From Candidatus Kapaibacterium sp. (GTDB lineage: Bacteria > Bacteroidota > Ignavibacteria > Kapaibacteriales > WFXC01): DNA of 64,000 nt. The notes under the pieces were generated by a model. It saw only the letters and a list, made by a program, of their open reading frames with translations. It made no database searches and was not told where the DNA came from. The translations under genes were made by a program, and so were the position numbers. Positions 38,015-48,447 of this stretch are shown piece after piece. Within the stretch, counting starts at the first letter, position 1. Each line of letters opens with the position of its first letter. The DNA lies in contig JALWUI010000063.1 of NCBI GenBank assembly GCA_027082775.1, positions 4,975 through 68,974 on the forward strand, written 5' to 3'.

Positions 38015-39613
38015 CTACTCTGCCACCAGCTCGTGCCATTGCAGAAATGTCAGCGCTGGCATTCGCCCGCTACCTTCTTCCCACTCCTGCTGCCGTTTCT
38101 GCTGGTAGTATTCCGTGATCGACATACCTGCTGCTTTCGCTTCCAGCCAGGTGAGAATATCGAATTCGATCGATTCCTGCTCCAGAGCTTCTGAAAGGAT
38201 GCGATGGATGCGCTGGTAAAACGGCAGCGTTGCCGAAAGGTGCGATGCGGCAACAGTGCTGGATATTCGCTGCAGGATGCGTCGCATCACCCCTACCACG
38301 GGGACAAATGAAGGGTACTGCTGCACAAAGCGGTAGAGGCGTCCTAAAGCACGCTCTGTTGCTTCAAAGTCGCGCTGTTCCCAGGCGATGATGCTGAGAA
38401 GGAGTCGCACGAGAAAACCGATTTGTTGCAACAGCCGTTGTGAGGTGCGATCGTATGCGGCTTCCAGGTACTGACGGGCAAGGTCATACTCTTGCAGCCA
38501 GAAAGCAATGCAGCCAAGGTGGTACAAAGCCGCTTTGTAAAAGTAGGGATATCGCTGGCAATACTGTTGCAGAATCTGTTCGATTATCTGCCGATGGGCA
38601 AAGATTTCTTCAAACTGTCCTAATTCCAGCGCCAGATACAACACCACGTTCAGATACAGCATCTCCACCTCGTCCCTGATGATGTCGTTTTCTTGAGCAG
38701 CACCGTTTTCCTGTTGCCAAAGCTGTTTGATGGTTTCAAATCGTCGCTCGATGGTGTGGGCATCGCGGGCGGCGGCAGCACTGATAATCTGGTTATGCAG
38801 CGCATTGAAATAGGCTAACGGGTACCACTGCGGTCGCTGGGAATCGTACTGAAAATACTGGATCAACTGTTCATAGCATTCTACTGCCCGTGCTGGCTGA
38901 CCACTAATAGCCCATAGCAGTGCCTCGGTGTTCCAGCGCAAAAAGGGGATGGGGAAAGGATCGGTCATATAAGCAGGAATGCACTGAAGCTGATCGATCA
39001 CTGGCTGAATAAGCATCTTGCCCTTAGCACTGGAAGCTCGAACGTTGCCCTCAACGTAGCGGGTGTTCCACCGGGAGTGAATATCCAGTAATTGCACGAA
39101 CCGCTGGGTCTGGTCCAGCGCTTCCTGCAACTGTTTCAGGTGCTGAGAAAGCTCCTCCTGGCTGAACAACTGAAAATTCCGATGACTGTGATACTCAAGT
39201 TGCAACACCGCTGCCGCCAGTTTTTGCACAGGATCACCAGCGATGTCGGCAGTGCGGTAGGTTTTTTGTGCGGCTTTTATAGCATCGCTATCCTGTCCTC
39301 CTACAAAAGCGAAGCGGGAGAGAACCAGGTTGAACAGTCCAGCACTCTGCTTGTCCTGTTTCATTAAAACGTACGTTCCAATCTGCAACACTCTGGTATA
39401 CACCTTGTGCCGCAGCGCTCGAAGATCTGTCTGAATTCCCTGCTGCTGGAGGGCAGAGCGCAACTGTTGATCGCCCCATTCTGGATGCTGTTCCAGAAGC
39501 TCCAGAAAGACCTGCTCTGCTTCCGTGAGTTGAATCCGTATCCCTTGCTTGATTTGCTGCCACAGGTCTGAAGGAAGTGTGCGCAATAATTGATTCAGTT
39601 TGTAATGTGCCAT
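38015..39613 (-). CDS. Hypothetical all-alpha (TPR-like) cytoplasmic protein, paralog 1 of a two-member family in this window
   Basis: No signal peptide; helical composition. It is roughly 65-70% identical across its full length to the ORF at 51807..53387 (MAHYKLNQLLRTLP... vs MADHKLDQLLRALP...). Confidence 0.6.
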   Translation of the reverse strand: MAHYKLNQLLRTLPSDLWQQIKQGIRIQLTEAEQVFLELLEQHPEWGDQQLRSALQQQGIQTDLRALRHKVYTRVLQIGTYVLMKQDKQSAGLFNLVLSRFAFVGGQDSDAIKAAQKTYRTADIAGDPVQKLAAAVLQLEYHSHRNFQLFSQEELSQHLKQLQEALDQTQRFVQLLDIHSRWNTRYVEGNVRASSAKGKMLIQPVIDQLQCIPAYMTDPFPIPFLRWNTEALLWAISGQPARAVECYEQLIQYFQYDSQRPQWYPLAYFNALHNQIISAAAARDAHTIERRFETIKQLWQQENGAAQENDIIRDEVEMLYLNVVLYLALELGQFEEIFAHRQIIEQILQQYCQRYPYFYKAALYHLGCIAFWLQEYDLARQYLEAAYDRTSQRLLQQIGFLVRLLLSIIAWEQRDFEATERALGRLYRFVQQYPSFVPVVGVMRRILQRISSTVAASHLSATLPFYQRIHRILSEALEQESIEFDILTWLEAKAAGMSITEYYQQKRQQEWEEGSGRMPALTFLQWHELVAE

Positions 39614-39875
39614 CGTGCGTTCAGCTTGCTTGAACGTCCCGGCATAAATTTAGCAAATTGGATGCAAAGCGCTGTTGCCTTTGCCACTTTGCGAGAGTCT
39701 CAGGCTTCAATCTTTTGGGGACACTATTCAACGCAAAGACAGCCCCTTTCCTGACTGCTAGCACTTCTGCAAACATTGTTCAGTGTGGAGGGAACGAGCA
39801 GCGCACGGCACCGAGTCAATGGGCGTGTTCTCGCAGTGGTATACATGCCCGATCTTCGCGTACCAATGTTTGTTG

Positions 39876-40571
39876 TCAATCGTTATGCTGGCGCAGTGCT
39901 TCCAGTACCTGCTGGATGTGGCGACAAACGGTTGTCGCAGAGCAGCGATGGAGGCGAGCAATTTCTTCTAAGGTCCATCCCTGAGCCCTGCGGTACACCA
40001 TATCCCAGACGTCCGGACCGAACCGCCGGCGTATCCACTGCTCAAGACGCTCCAGTTGCAGTCGGGCATCCACTGTCATTTCGGGAGAATGCAAGTCGAC
40101 CGGTTCCTGAGAGAGTGCAGACACTTTCTGCGCCCGTCTGCGATTCTCCGAGGTGAGAGAGCGAACGGCGACTTTTTCCGCATAGCGCCAGAGCGCTCCG
40201 GGAATATGCCGAATCTTCCGGGGTGATTTCTCCAGAAGGACTGCAAGCGCTTCTTGTACCGCATCCTCTCGATCCTCTGGAGGAAAAGCAGCAAAGTGGT
40301 GGTCCAGAAAGTGCTGGAGCGTGTGCTGCAAGATGCGAAGCGCAACCGGGAACTGTAAGAGGTCAGGCGGGTGATAACTCGACACCTGGCATTGCTCTGC
40401 AACTTTCGGGAGGAGGGCATCAAAGTGGAAGAACGCATCTACCACCTCCGTTATGGACTCTTCCTCCAGTAGTTGACCCAGGACCTGCGTTATTTGATGC
40501 GGTGCGATATCTGGCAGGGCATACTGGAACAGTGGTAAGAGTTGCTGGACAATGGTCGTCTCCTCACTCAT
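39876..40571 (-). CDS. Sigma-70 family (ECF-like) RNA polymerase sigma factor
   Basis: Region-2-like EDAVQEALAVLLEK..ALWRYAEKVAVRSL and region-4 HTH GWTLEEIARLHRCSATTVCRHIQQVLEAL. Start assigned to MSEETT, with a TTTG-N15-TTAAATTAG promoter-like element just upstream. Confidence 0.6.
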   Translation of the reverse strand: MSEETTIVQQLLPLFQYALPDIAPHQITQVLGQLLEEESITEVVDAFFHFDALLPKVAEQCQVSSYHPPDLLQFPVALRILQHTLQHFLDHHFAAFPPEDREDAVQEALAVLLEKSPRKIRHIPGALWRYAEKVAVRSLTSENRRRAQKVSALSQEPVDLHSPEMTVDARLQLERLEQWIRRRFGPDVWDMVYRRAQGWTLEEIARLHRCSATTVCRHIQQVLEALRQHND

Positions 40572-40823
40572 AGCGATATACCCCCATCTCAGCGACTCTT
40601 TGATCGGTTCTAATTTAAGCATTTCCCTGCAAAATCGGCATCGATGCCCATTATGCGATGCCTCAGCCACTGAGGAACCGGTTTTTTTTCTCTTTGCAGA
40701 TTTCTCGATCACCGTCAGCACTTTCACTGCTGGCTCCAGCGATTGGACGTGAAAAATTTTGCGCCGAAAATCCTCTATAGAGTTTGGGAAGGTAATCAGT
40801 CGCAAAACTACGATAGATAGGCT

Positions 40824-41285
40824 ATGAGAAGAAAGGCAACAGTGATTTTCATCTTGATGGGATTGTTTGTCAGTGTGTATTATACCAATGCAGCAACTAA
40901 AGATTGGGTGCCTTCTTTAAAATGCGGACCTGGAATTGTTTTTACTCGAGTGGGACCTGCTATCGAATGGCTATGCTTCGAATATGTGGCAGGTTGCTAT
41001 GTAACCTGCAAATATGTGTGTACCTATGAATCGGAAGGTCACCGTTATACTTTCGTCTTTAGATGTAGAGAAGGACTGTGGCAGTTTCCATCTTTAGTAT
41101 GTCTGCGACGTCCTTATGGTGTTCGGAGTTGCAATGATCCTCAAGATCTCTTCTTATTATGCAATCAACAATTCTCAGTTTTACAGCAGATTTATTGCGA
41201 GAGCTGCGAAGACTTTGACAGTGGAGATATTTTCTGTGCTCAGGTTTTGACCATAGAGCCGCGAATTCTGGCGCCCGGACAATAA
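40824..41285 (+). CDS. Small secreted cysteine-rich protein with Sushi/CCP-like spacing; lies in an AT-rich islet
   Basis: Signal peptide; about 13 Cys residues; the segment C-GPG...C...G-Y..C...G..Y....C..G-W..P...C resembles the Sushi/CCP consensus. Local GC is about 42% against about 57% elsewhere. Confidence 0.45.
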   Translation: MRRKATVIFILMGLFVSVYYTNAATKDWVPSLKCGPGIVFTRVGPAIEWLCFEYVAGCYVTCKYVCTYESEGHRYTFVFRCREGLWQFPSLVCLRRPYGVRSCNDPQDLFLLCNQQFSVLQQIYCESCEDFDSGDIFCAQVLTIEPRILAPGQ

Positions 41286-41318
41286 GAGCCGTTTCACAGA
41301 TAAAGGAAGCTCGAAAAG

Positions 41319-42659
41319 ATGCGTTGGAGATTAATAGGATTGTTCGTTATTTGCGCTTGTTGTAATTCTTTGTTTGCCCAGCGATGGATTGACCAATTTT
41401 ACCCGCATCCTCTCTTCCTTCTCTCAATGAGGGATGAGGGTAAGCTTTCATACTACGAATTTGATGATCACTTTGACTCCGTTGGGATTAGTTGTACCAT
41501 TGGTGAATTCCGCCTCCTGCTGGACAGCATAACGGAACGGGTAATTCCCATCCAGTACGAGTCCATTCCTTCTGAAGGGATCAAAGGGATTCCAGATCGT
41601 GGACTGGACACCTTTCTCCTCAACTTCACGCGCACGGATACCTTTACCATTCCCAGCAATGCAACACTCTTTTTCTTTCGATTACTTCGTCGCGGTTTCC
41701 CATTTCTGCCGATACCACTGGACTCGTCGCTGTCGCCACCGCATTGGACCGATGCGTACTGGGTAACGCCACCGGGATGGATTCAGGATACGGTAATTTT
41801 CGTCACGGAGCTCCGCCGCGCCAGTGACAACACAGTACTGGCAGTACTCGACAGCGTCGGCGTATATCCGAATCGGCAGTCGTGGTTTCCTGTTCGCTTT
41901 GGCACTGAGCCCAATCGAACGCGGCATTTCCGATCGCTTCCTTCAGAACTTGCAGGAACGACTGCATACGTGCAGATCAAAGCCTATCGGTATGGTCCCA
42001 CGCCGTATGGCCTCCATCTGTTCCGCTCCTTAGAATGGTGCTCCCTCTCTACTATGATGGAGTATGACAGTAGTGCAATAGCCGAAGGGCGGGGTATATG
42101 GGCTATTTCAGAGGCGGAAATGGACTCCCTAAGCCACGCATATTATGCTACTTTGCGCGCCTACCTGGACTTTGGCTTGGCAGCAACAGGCAAGTTGCCG
42201 CCGCACATTCCTCCCTTTGCCTTTGTACTGGACTCTGCAATTCGGGCGGATTACGAAGCACGCTACGGGGGGTATCCCAGGGAATTTGATCCAGAATTTG
42301 TATTTGTGCTGGACACGATTTGGGGCGATACCAGTGCACGGATGATTCGAGGAAAGTTGACCGGCATTACATCGACTGCTATCTCTTCCATCTCGTTCAT
42401 AAGCGTAACTGTCGATGGCAATGCTTCGCCACCAGTACTGCACCTGAAGATCGTCACATCGCAACCATTGCCCGGTAGTACCATTTCAATCATCGATGTC
42501 TTAGGACGAGACCTTGGTCTCATCTGGAACAGCAATCTTCAGTCTGGCAGCAATGAGCTCCAGATCCCGCTCCCGCAATCGCTCTCGACAGGACAATACT
42601 TCCTGATACTCCGCGATCAACACAATCAGATCCTCGCCATCCAGGACTTCACGTTATAG
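41319..42659 (+). CDS. Hypothetical secreted protein with T9SS C-terminal sorting-domain-like tail
   Basis: Signal peptide MRWRLIGLFVICACCNSLFAQ. The C-terminal 80 aa have a CTD-like beta pattern (...QYFLILRDQHNQILAIQDFTL). The 5' portion is AT-rich. Confidence 0.5.
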   Translation: MRWRLIGLFVICACCNSLFAQRWIDQFYPHPLFLLSMRDEGKLSYYEFDDHFDSVGISCTIGEFRLLLDSITERVIPIQYESIPSEGIKGIPDRGLDTFLLNFTRTDTFTIPSNATLFFFRLLRRGFPFLPIPLDSSLSPPHWTDAYWVTPPGWIQDTVIFVTELRRASDNTVLAVLDSVGVYPNRQSWFPVRFGTEPNRTRHFRSLPSELAGTTAYVQIKAYRYGPTPYGLHLFRSLEWCSLSTMMEYDSSAIAEGRGIWAISEAEMDSLSHAYYATLRAYLDFGLAATGKLPPHIPPFAFVLDSAIRADYEARYGGYPREFDPEFVFVLDTIWGDTSARMIRGKLTGITSTAISSISFISVTVDGNASPPVLHLKIVTSQPLPGSTISIIDVLGRDLGLIWNSNLQSGSNELQIPLPQSLSTGQYFLILRDQHNQILAIQDFTL

Positions 42660-42819
42660 CAGTGCCGCCGGGGGCACAATACCCCCGGTGGTGGAATTCA
42701 GTCCCCGGCGTTTCCGGACATTTCGCGCAGGCTTGCACCACAGATAAGGAATAAGCGCCTACGCCAGTCGGCATCACCTCCGGCTCCACGCGCATACTTA
42801 CCAAAAACCGGCTATGTTC

Positions 42820-43310
42820 CATCGACCGGGAGCGCACACTCTTAGGTGTGTATCGTTGATCCTTATGCCGACTGAAGTCGGCGCTCCCAGTCGGCGCTCC
42901 CGGTAAGCGATCCCAACTGCTGGGAGCGCACGCTCTTAGGCGTGCATTGCCCTCACCCTAACCCTCTCCCAGCGGGAGCGGGAATTTTTGCATCTGTAGG
43001 GAGCGACTCGGCTGGTCGCCATCACCCGCACCCGTAGGGGCGACCGGCCGGTCGCCCCTACTACACATTTACGCCAGTGCCTCCTTTATCATCTGCCGGC
43101 TGAACCCGGCGCTCCCAGTTCAGTGCTTCCACCTACTGGGAGCGCACACTCTTAGGTGTGCATCTACTGGGGAGCGCACCCTTCAGCGTGCATTCACTGG
43201 GAGCGCACCCTTTAGGGTGCATCTTTGCCGGCTAAAGCCGGCGCTCCCAGAGGAGCGCACGCTTCAGCGTGCACCATCTCTGTGGTAGGACAACCCTCCG
43301 GGTTGTCCAA
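42820..43310. repeat. Hairpin-array repeat cluster F
   Basis: Units GCACACTCTTAGGTGTGT/C (3 copies), CCGACTGAAGTCGG, CTCACCCTAACCC..GGGAGCGGG, GGCGACCGGCCGGTCGCC, GCACCCTTTAGGGTGC and GGACAACCCTCCGGGTTGTCC. Confidence 0.75.
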
Positions 43311-43548
43311 AGCAATGCTTTGCTATCCACTGCTGGCGAAAGTCGACGCTCTCAGCCCTGAGGAAGGAAATAGAGCAGATGGCTTTTTCCATATGGAGGA
43401 AATCTTCGAGGCTTCGGGAAGAACCGTGCCCAGGTTCAGCGAAGGACGTATCCTAAGAGTGCCGATAGCGTGCCTTCCTTGCTTATGTCAGATTTCGATA
43501 GCTACACATCACGGAAACCCACGCGATGGCTGCTGCCCGTGAAAATCC

Positions 43549-44937
43549 TCAACGCACCACAATCACCTTCACTGTTTTGTTCAATTCCCCAGCACGGATG
43601 TGGCACAGGTAGATGCCTTCAGGTATCCCCAGCAACGCCCATCGCACCTGATGTTCGCCGGGTGGCAGCATCCTATCGACCAGCGTTGCTACGTGGTATC
43701 CCAGCAGGTTGTAGATTTCCAGCGCTACGGGTGCAGGCTTCGGCAGCGAAAAACCGATGTGGATGTCAAGGCTGGCGGGAGGGTGCACAACGTTGACCTT
43801 CCACGGAATATCTCCATCATCGCTCAGGTCCGTGGACGATTGCGCATCCAGCCAGAAGGCTTCTCTCCAGCGACCTGCTATGGCATTGAATCCTACGCCC
43901 ACGATGTAGCGGCCATCTGGCAGGATGGCGCGTGCTTCCTTGAGAAAGGAATCGCCGGCGAGCAGGGTGCTGTAGGTCTGGCTGAGGTTTTCCGCTATGC
44001 CTGCCACGGCATCCCACCGAACAGCGCGGACCTCGCCACTATCATTCTCTGCCCAGCCGACGACATACCGTCCGTCCGACGAAACGCCCACAGCCCAACT
44101 CGAACCGCCGCCCAGCGTACCGAGGTCCTGGGTCAGACCAGTTTCCATATCCCACCGAACAGCGTGGACGTCACCGCTGTCATTCTCTGCCCAGCCAACC
44201 ACAAATCGCCCGTCGGCTGAGATGCCAAACGCATAGCTTTCGTTCCCTCCTAAGGCTCCAAGCTCCTGAATTTCCCCGCTCTGCATATCCCATCGCACAG
44301 CGCGCCATTGCCCAGCAGCATTTTCTGCCCAGCCGACAACAAATCGTCCATCGGCGGAGATCCCGTAGGCAATGCTCTCACTGCCGCCCGGCGTTCCCAG
44401 TTCTTCCATCTGTCCAGACTGCATATCCCACCGTACGGCACGCCATTGCCCAGCAGCATTTTCCGCCCAGCCGACGATGAAGCGTCCATCGGCGGCAATG
44501 CTATACGCCCGACTCCAGCCACCACCCAGATGCCCCAGATCCTGCACCTGGCCGGTTAGCGCATCCCACCACGCAGCGCGCCGCCAATTGCTGTCGTTTT
44601 CTGCCCAGCCGACGACATATCGACCATCGGCGGAAATCCCGAACGCGACACTCTCCTTTCCTCCAAGGGTTCCCAGATCCTGCACATGTCCAGTCAGCAC
44701 ATCCCACCGCACAGCTCGCCGCCAGCTACTATCGTTTTCCGCCCAGCCGACAACGAAACGCCCATCGGCAGAGATCCCATACGCCCAGCTTTTACTTCCG
44801 CCCAGCGTCCCCAGCCAGCGCAGATGCTGCCCGTTGCCGGTGCTAACAGCAAGGAGCAGAACGAAGCCTGCTGAATACACCCATCGACGCATTGCTTCTC
44901 TCCTGATCGTTCCTGAAAGTACGAGGGAAATTAACAC
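43549..44937 (-). CDS. HAF-repeat protein (seven repeats) with T9SS C-terminal sorting domain
   Basis: Seven tandem units (RRAVRWDvlTG.vQDLGTLGG..S.A.GISADGRfVVGWAEN) followed by a CTD (GIYLCHIRAGELNKTVKVIVVR). The start may be the internal MRRWVYS (44892). Confidence 0.7.
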   Translation of the reverse strand: MLISLVLSGTIRREAMRRWVYSAGFVLLLAVSTGNGQHLRWLGTLGGSKSWAYGISADGRFVVGWAENDSSWRRAVRWDVLTGHVQDLGTLGGKESVAFGISADGRYVVGWAENDSNWRRAAWWDALTGQVQDLGHLGGGWSRAYSIAADGRFIVGWAENAAGQWRAVRWDMQSGQMEELGTPGGSESIAYGISADGRFVVGWAENAAGQWRAVRWDMQSGEIQELGALGGNESYAFGISADGRFVVGWAENDSGDVHAVRWDMETGLTQDLGTLGGGSSWAVGVSSDGRYVVGWAENDSGEVRAVRWDAVAGIAENLSQTYSTLLAGDSFLKEARAILPDGRYIVGVGFNAIAGRWREAFWLDAQSSTDLSDDGDIPWKVNVVHPPASLDIHIGFSLPKPAPVALEIYNLLGYHVATLVDRMLPPGEHQVRWALLGIPEGIYLCHIRAGELNKTVKVIVVR

Positions 44938-45433
44938 TGAAGTGAGAAGATCCTGAGGTTCTATGGATCATCGTTTTTCTGCTTCCACCCGGTAAACCCA
45001 AAAACAATAGCCACGTATTTTGTGGTTCTGTCATTATCATTCCTGCTTTACCAGAAGCCCATAGTGCGATAGGCGAAAATACGAAAAAAATGCTAACTAT
45101 CGAGCCGAATGAGAAAATTGTTTCCCTTACACGATGCTAGCTATGGTTTCCCTTACACAATCCTGGCTATGCTCAGCGCACCACTGGAAGAGAGGACAAT
45201 GCTGACACGGTGCGATCACAGTGGGTCTTCCATCAGCGCATCACTGGTACAGAAAGGGAGCACCTCCTTGCACAATCCCGGCAATACCCAACACTCCCCC
45301 GAAATCCCGGCGGTACGGGGGAACCGTTACTGAAACGCTGCTGCACAGTGCAGCATCGGTGGGGGCCTTCTTCGCAGTCTCGCTACGCTCTGAGTGTCTC
45401 CATAAACTCAGCACAGTAACGGCTTTCTCGCTC

Positions 45434-47956
45434 CTACTTCACCACAACGATACGTTTCACATCAACGGCGCCGCCAGCGTTGAGGTGATACACATAGACT
45501 CCCGCCGGCAATGCCGTTGCATCGAGGACTACCGACTGCTTCCCTGCTGCCATTGCACCTTCCACGATGATTGCTACCGTTCTGCCCAGCATATCGGTAA
45601 CCGTCAGCCGCACGTACGCTGGTTGGGGTAGTACGAATTCGATGCGCGCTGTCTTCATCAGGGGATTGGGATGCACGGTCGAAAGAAACCATTGTGACTG
45701 GCGGTTCCTCCGGGTTCCTCGAACGGCAGTAACGAACGCATCATCGGTGCGCCACAGCCCGCCGCCCAGCGTGCCGACATAGAGCTGACTCGGACGGGTG
45801 GGGTTGAGTGTGATGAACGTGATGAGCGTGTGCTGGAGGTTGTTTGTGATATCTGTCCAGGTCTGTCCGCCATCGGTGGTGACGTGAATCCCTTTCTTCA
45901 TCGACGGGAGATACTGGTACCACCCCTGCACAGCAACGGCGATGTTGCGGGGATTCGCTGGATCGATCGCAACATCGAAGGTTCTGGGTGCGTCGAAGAT
46001 TTTCGTCCACGTAGCTCCGCCGTCCGTTGAGCGATATAACCCGCCATCGGTGCTCCAGTCGTAGAAATCTGTCGCACACACGTAGATCGTTCCTTCACTG
46101 TCGAATTTGATGTTGAAAACGCTGGAAGCAGGAAAGTGCTCCAGTCTGCGCCACGTAGCACCGCCGTCTGTGGATGCGTACAGTCCACCCGGACCGCCAC
46201 GACTTCCTTTGTAGAGTCCTACGAAAATTTCATTGGCGTTCGCCGGATTGATGGAAAGTGTCCAGATATACCGGAAGTTAGTATCCACTCCGAGTTGTAT
46301 CCAGTTGTTTCCACTATCCGTGGATTTGTAAAGCCCGTTCCAGAAGCTGGCGTAGTACAGCGTCCGTGTCTGCGGCGTTCCAGAAGCTGTGTCCATTGCC
46401 AGGAAGGGTTTTCCTTTCGGCAGATTGGCAACACGCTGCCACGTGTTCCCCCGATCCCGGCTGATCCATAAGCCGCCATCAGCATAGCCAATTGTCTCCG
46501 TTGCTCCTATGCCTTCGTATCGGGTCATATAGATGATGTTGCTGTTCGCCGGGTCAACAATGATATTTCTGGCAGCATCGTACCCTTCATACGGATCTTG
46601 ATACGGATCCAGCGGGTAGAATGAATATCCACCGTCATCGGATCGAAACGGTCCAAAGTCATCGTAGGCGACATACAGCACGCCCGGATCGGAGGGATCA
46701 AAAGCAATTCCTTCAACCGCCATACACTCCATTCCTCGCGTGGTCCATCCATTTGCCGTTTTCGTGGCATATATTTGCTCCCACGTTTCACCTGCATCCG
46801 TGGTTTTGTATACATCCACCGTTCCCATTACCAGAATCGACGGATCGCTGGGTGCTATTTCCAGATAGTGGGTGTTGTACTCTGAAAAAAACGGTGCTTC
46901 CAGCCAGCCTGTTGAGGTGCGATAGCCTTGCTGTATCCGCCGCCAGGTCTGTCCTCCGTCGGTAGTTTTGAAAATTCCCGCACCAGACCACGCAGCGTAG
47001 TTCCGAAAAGTTGCGATATAGATAATCTCCGGATTGGAGGGATGGACAGCGAAACTTACGTAGGTATAAGCAGCCTCATCTTCGACGCTCCACTTTGGAA
47101 GATTTCCGGTAATATCCATCCAGGTTTCTCCAAGGTTGGTGCTTCTGAATATGCCTCCCGTGTAGCGGGTTGTATCCTGCGGATTGACATCCAGTTCGAC
47201 AGTGACAAACAACAGCAGTTGTCCGTTGTGCGCAACGCCCCGGAGTTGCCGGCAGATTTTATCCGTCAGCCCGTTGTTCACTGCCTCCCACGTCTGTCCT
47301 CCGTCATCGCTTCTGTATATCCCGGAATCTGTTGCGACAAAAATTCGTCTGTTGCCAACCGGAGAGATCGGGTCGATCACGATGCCAGTGATATTCGAAG
47401 GGTCGCCGGGCAGATAGAGTGTATCCCACGTCTGCCCGCCGTCACTGGTTCTGTATAATCTTCCCGTCCCTTCACCGAGTTCGTGCCGATTTCCCGAACC
47501 GACGAGAATGAAATTCGTATCGGCAGGATCAATTTCGATCACGGCAGCAGCGATTTCGTCGAGCCGTTCGGTGTACTCGATCGTATCCGGAAAAAAGAGT
47601 TGCCAGTTATCGCCGGCTGCGGTGCTTTTGAAAACTGCTCCGGCGGCAATGAATACCGAGTGATAATTGAGTGGGTTGATCGCTATGTCCTGAACGTAAT
47701 AAGCGTTTGCAGCGAAGGTTCTACTGAGCGTGTTATTGATCATCCGCCACGTTCTGCCACCATCGGTTGTTTTGAAAATTCCCTCGATGTCTCCAGCAAC
47801 ATAGATCACGTCCGGGTTATCCGGTTGAAAAGCGGCTGTCAACAGATCGCTGCCAGCGCCCGGTCCAACGGGCGTCCATTGCTGTTGCTGCGCCATTGTG
47901 AAAGATCGAAGCACAAAGAGCGCGGAGAGAGTAAACAGCCAGAGTCTGGAATCCAT
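45434..47956 (-). CDS. BNR/Asp-box repeat (sortilin/VPS10- or GH74-like beta-propeller) protein with T9SS C-terminal sorting domain
   Basis: At least ten S/T-x-D-G-G-x-T-W Asp-box motifs (TTDGGRTW, TSDGGQTW, SDDGGQTW, STDGGATW...), signal peptide, CTD (GVYVYHLNAGGAVDVKRIVVVK). Confidence 0.7.
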   Translation of the reverse strand: MDSRLWLFTLSALFVLRSFTMAQQQQWTPVGPGAGSDLLTAAFQPDNPDVIYVAGDIEGIFKTTDGGRTWRMINNTLSRTFAANAYYVQDIAINPLNYHSVFIAAGAVFKSTAAGDNWQLFFPDTIEYTERLDEIAAAVIEIDPADTNFILVGSGNRHELGEGTGRLYRTSDGGQTWDTLYLPGDPSNITGIVIDPISPVGNRRIFVATDSGIYRSDDGGQTWEAVNNGLTDKICRQLRGVAHNGQLLLFVTVELDVNPQDTTRYTGGIFRSTNLGETWMDITGNLPKWSVEDEAAYTYVSFAVHPSNPEIIYIATFRNYAAWSGAGIFKTTDGGQTWRRIQQGYRTSTGWLEAPFFSEYNTHYLEIAPSDPSILVMGTVDVYKTTDAGETWEQIYATKTANGWTTRGMECMAVEGIAFDPSDPGVLYVAYDDFGPFRSDDGGYSFYPLDPYQDPYEGYDAARNIIVDPANSNIIYMTRYEGIGATETIGYADGGLWISRDRGNTWQRVANLPKGKPFLAMDTASGTPQTRTLYYASFWNGLYKSTDSGNNWIQLGVDTNFRYIWTLSINPANANEIFVGLYKGSRGGPGGLYASTDGGATWRRLEHFPASSVFNIKFDSEGTIYVCATDFYDWSTDGGLYRSTDGGATWTKIFDAPRTFDVAIDPANPRNIAVAVQGWYQYLPSMKKGIHVTTDGGQTWTDITNNLQHTLITFITLNPTRPSQLYVGTLGGGLWRTDDAFVTAVRGTRRNRQSQWFLSTVHPNPLMKTARIEFVLPQPAYVRLTVTDMLGRTVAIIVEGAMAAGKQSVVLDATALPAGVYVYHLNAGGAVDVKRIVVVK

Positions 47957-48017
47957 CGTACAGCTCCTTTTATTTTTTCCAACACTGTTTTCAGACAGGA
48001 TATTGAAGACTGCCGGG

Positions 48018-48340
48018 AGCGTTGACCCTGAGAGCGCCGGCTTTAGCCGGCACGTTCATGCACCCTAAAGGGTGCGTTCCCAGTGAATGCACGCTGAAGC
48101 GTGCGCTCCCAGTGACTGGAGCGCCGACTTCAGTCGGCAACAACTTCCCTCCTTCTCTGGGAGAGGGTGAGGGTGGTGCACACCTCAGAGTGTGCGCTCC
48201 CAGGCGATGGAAACACCGACACTGAGAGTGCCCCACTGGGAGCGCCGACTTCAGTCGGCAATAACTAAACAGCAGGACAAGCCGCTGGCTTGCCCTGGAC
48301 ACCCCGGAGGGGTGTCCTACCACCGTAAATGCGCACTGAA
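48018..48340. repeat. Hairpin-array repeat cluster G (inverted orientation relative to D/E)
   Basis: GCACCCTAAAGGGTGCGTTCCCAGTGAATGCACGCTGAAGCGTGCGCTCCCAG is the reverse complement of the D/E module. Also CCGACTTCAGTCGG (2 copies), CCCTCCTTCTCTGGGAGAGGGTGAGGGTGG and GGACACCCCGGAGGGGTGTCC. Confidence 0.75.
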
Positions 48341-48447
48341 GGGTATGCTCCCGATAGATGCGCCCCAAGGGCGTGCTCTCATCTGAATTCACCCTGGAAT
48401 GTCCACTGTTCATCATAAGGGATCCTATCGCTATTGAGCCCAGTACA

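Noticed and set aside
39614-39875. Whether the ~530-aa paralog is an anti-sigma factor co-transcribed with the ECF-like sigma gene.
   Set aside because: There is a 260-bp gap containing its own -33/-7-like element, which is shared with the second paralog that has no sigma gene upstream. No transmembrane segment or anti-sigma (zinc-binding) motif was seen. Operon linkage is kept as a hypothesis only.
45109-45335. Short partial duplication (TTTCCCTTACAC x2) and small ORFs between the HAF gene and the BNR gene.
   Set aside because: Too short and degenerate for a meaningful repeat, and the ORFs have no support. Probably just an intergenic spacer with the BNR gene's 3' region.
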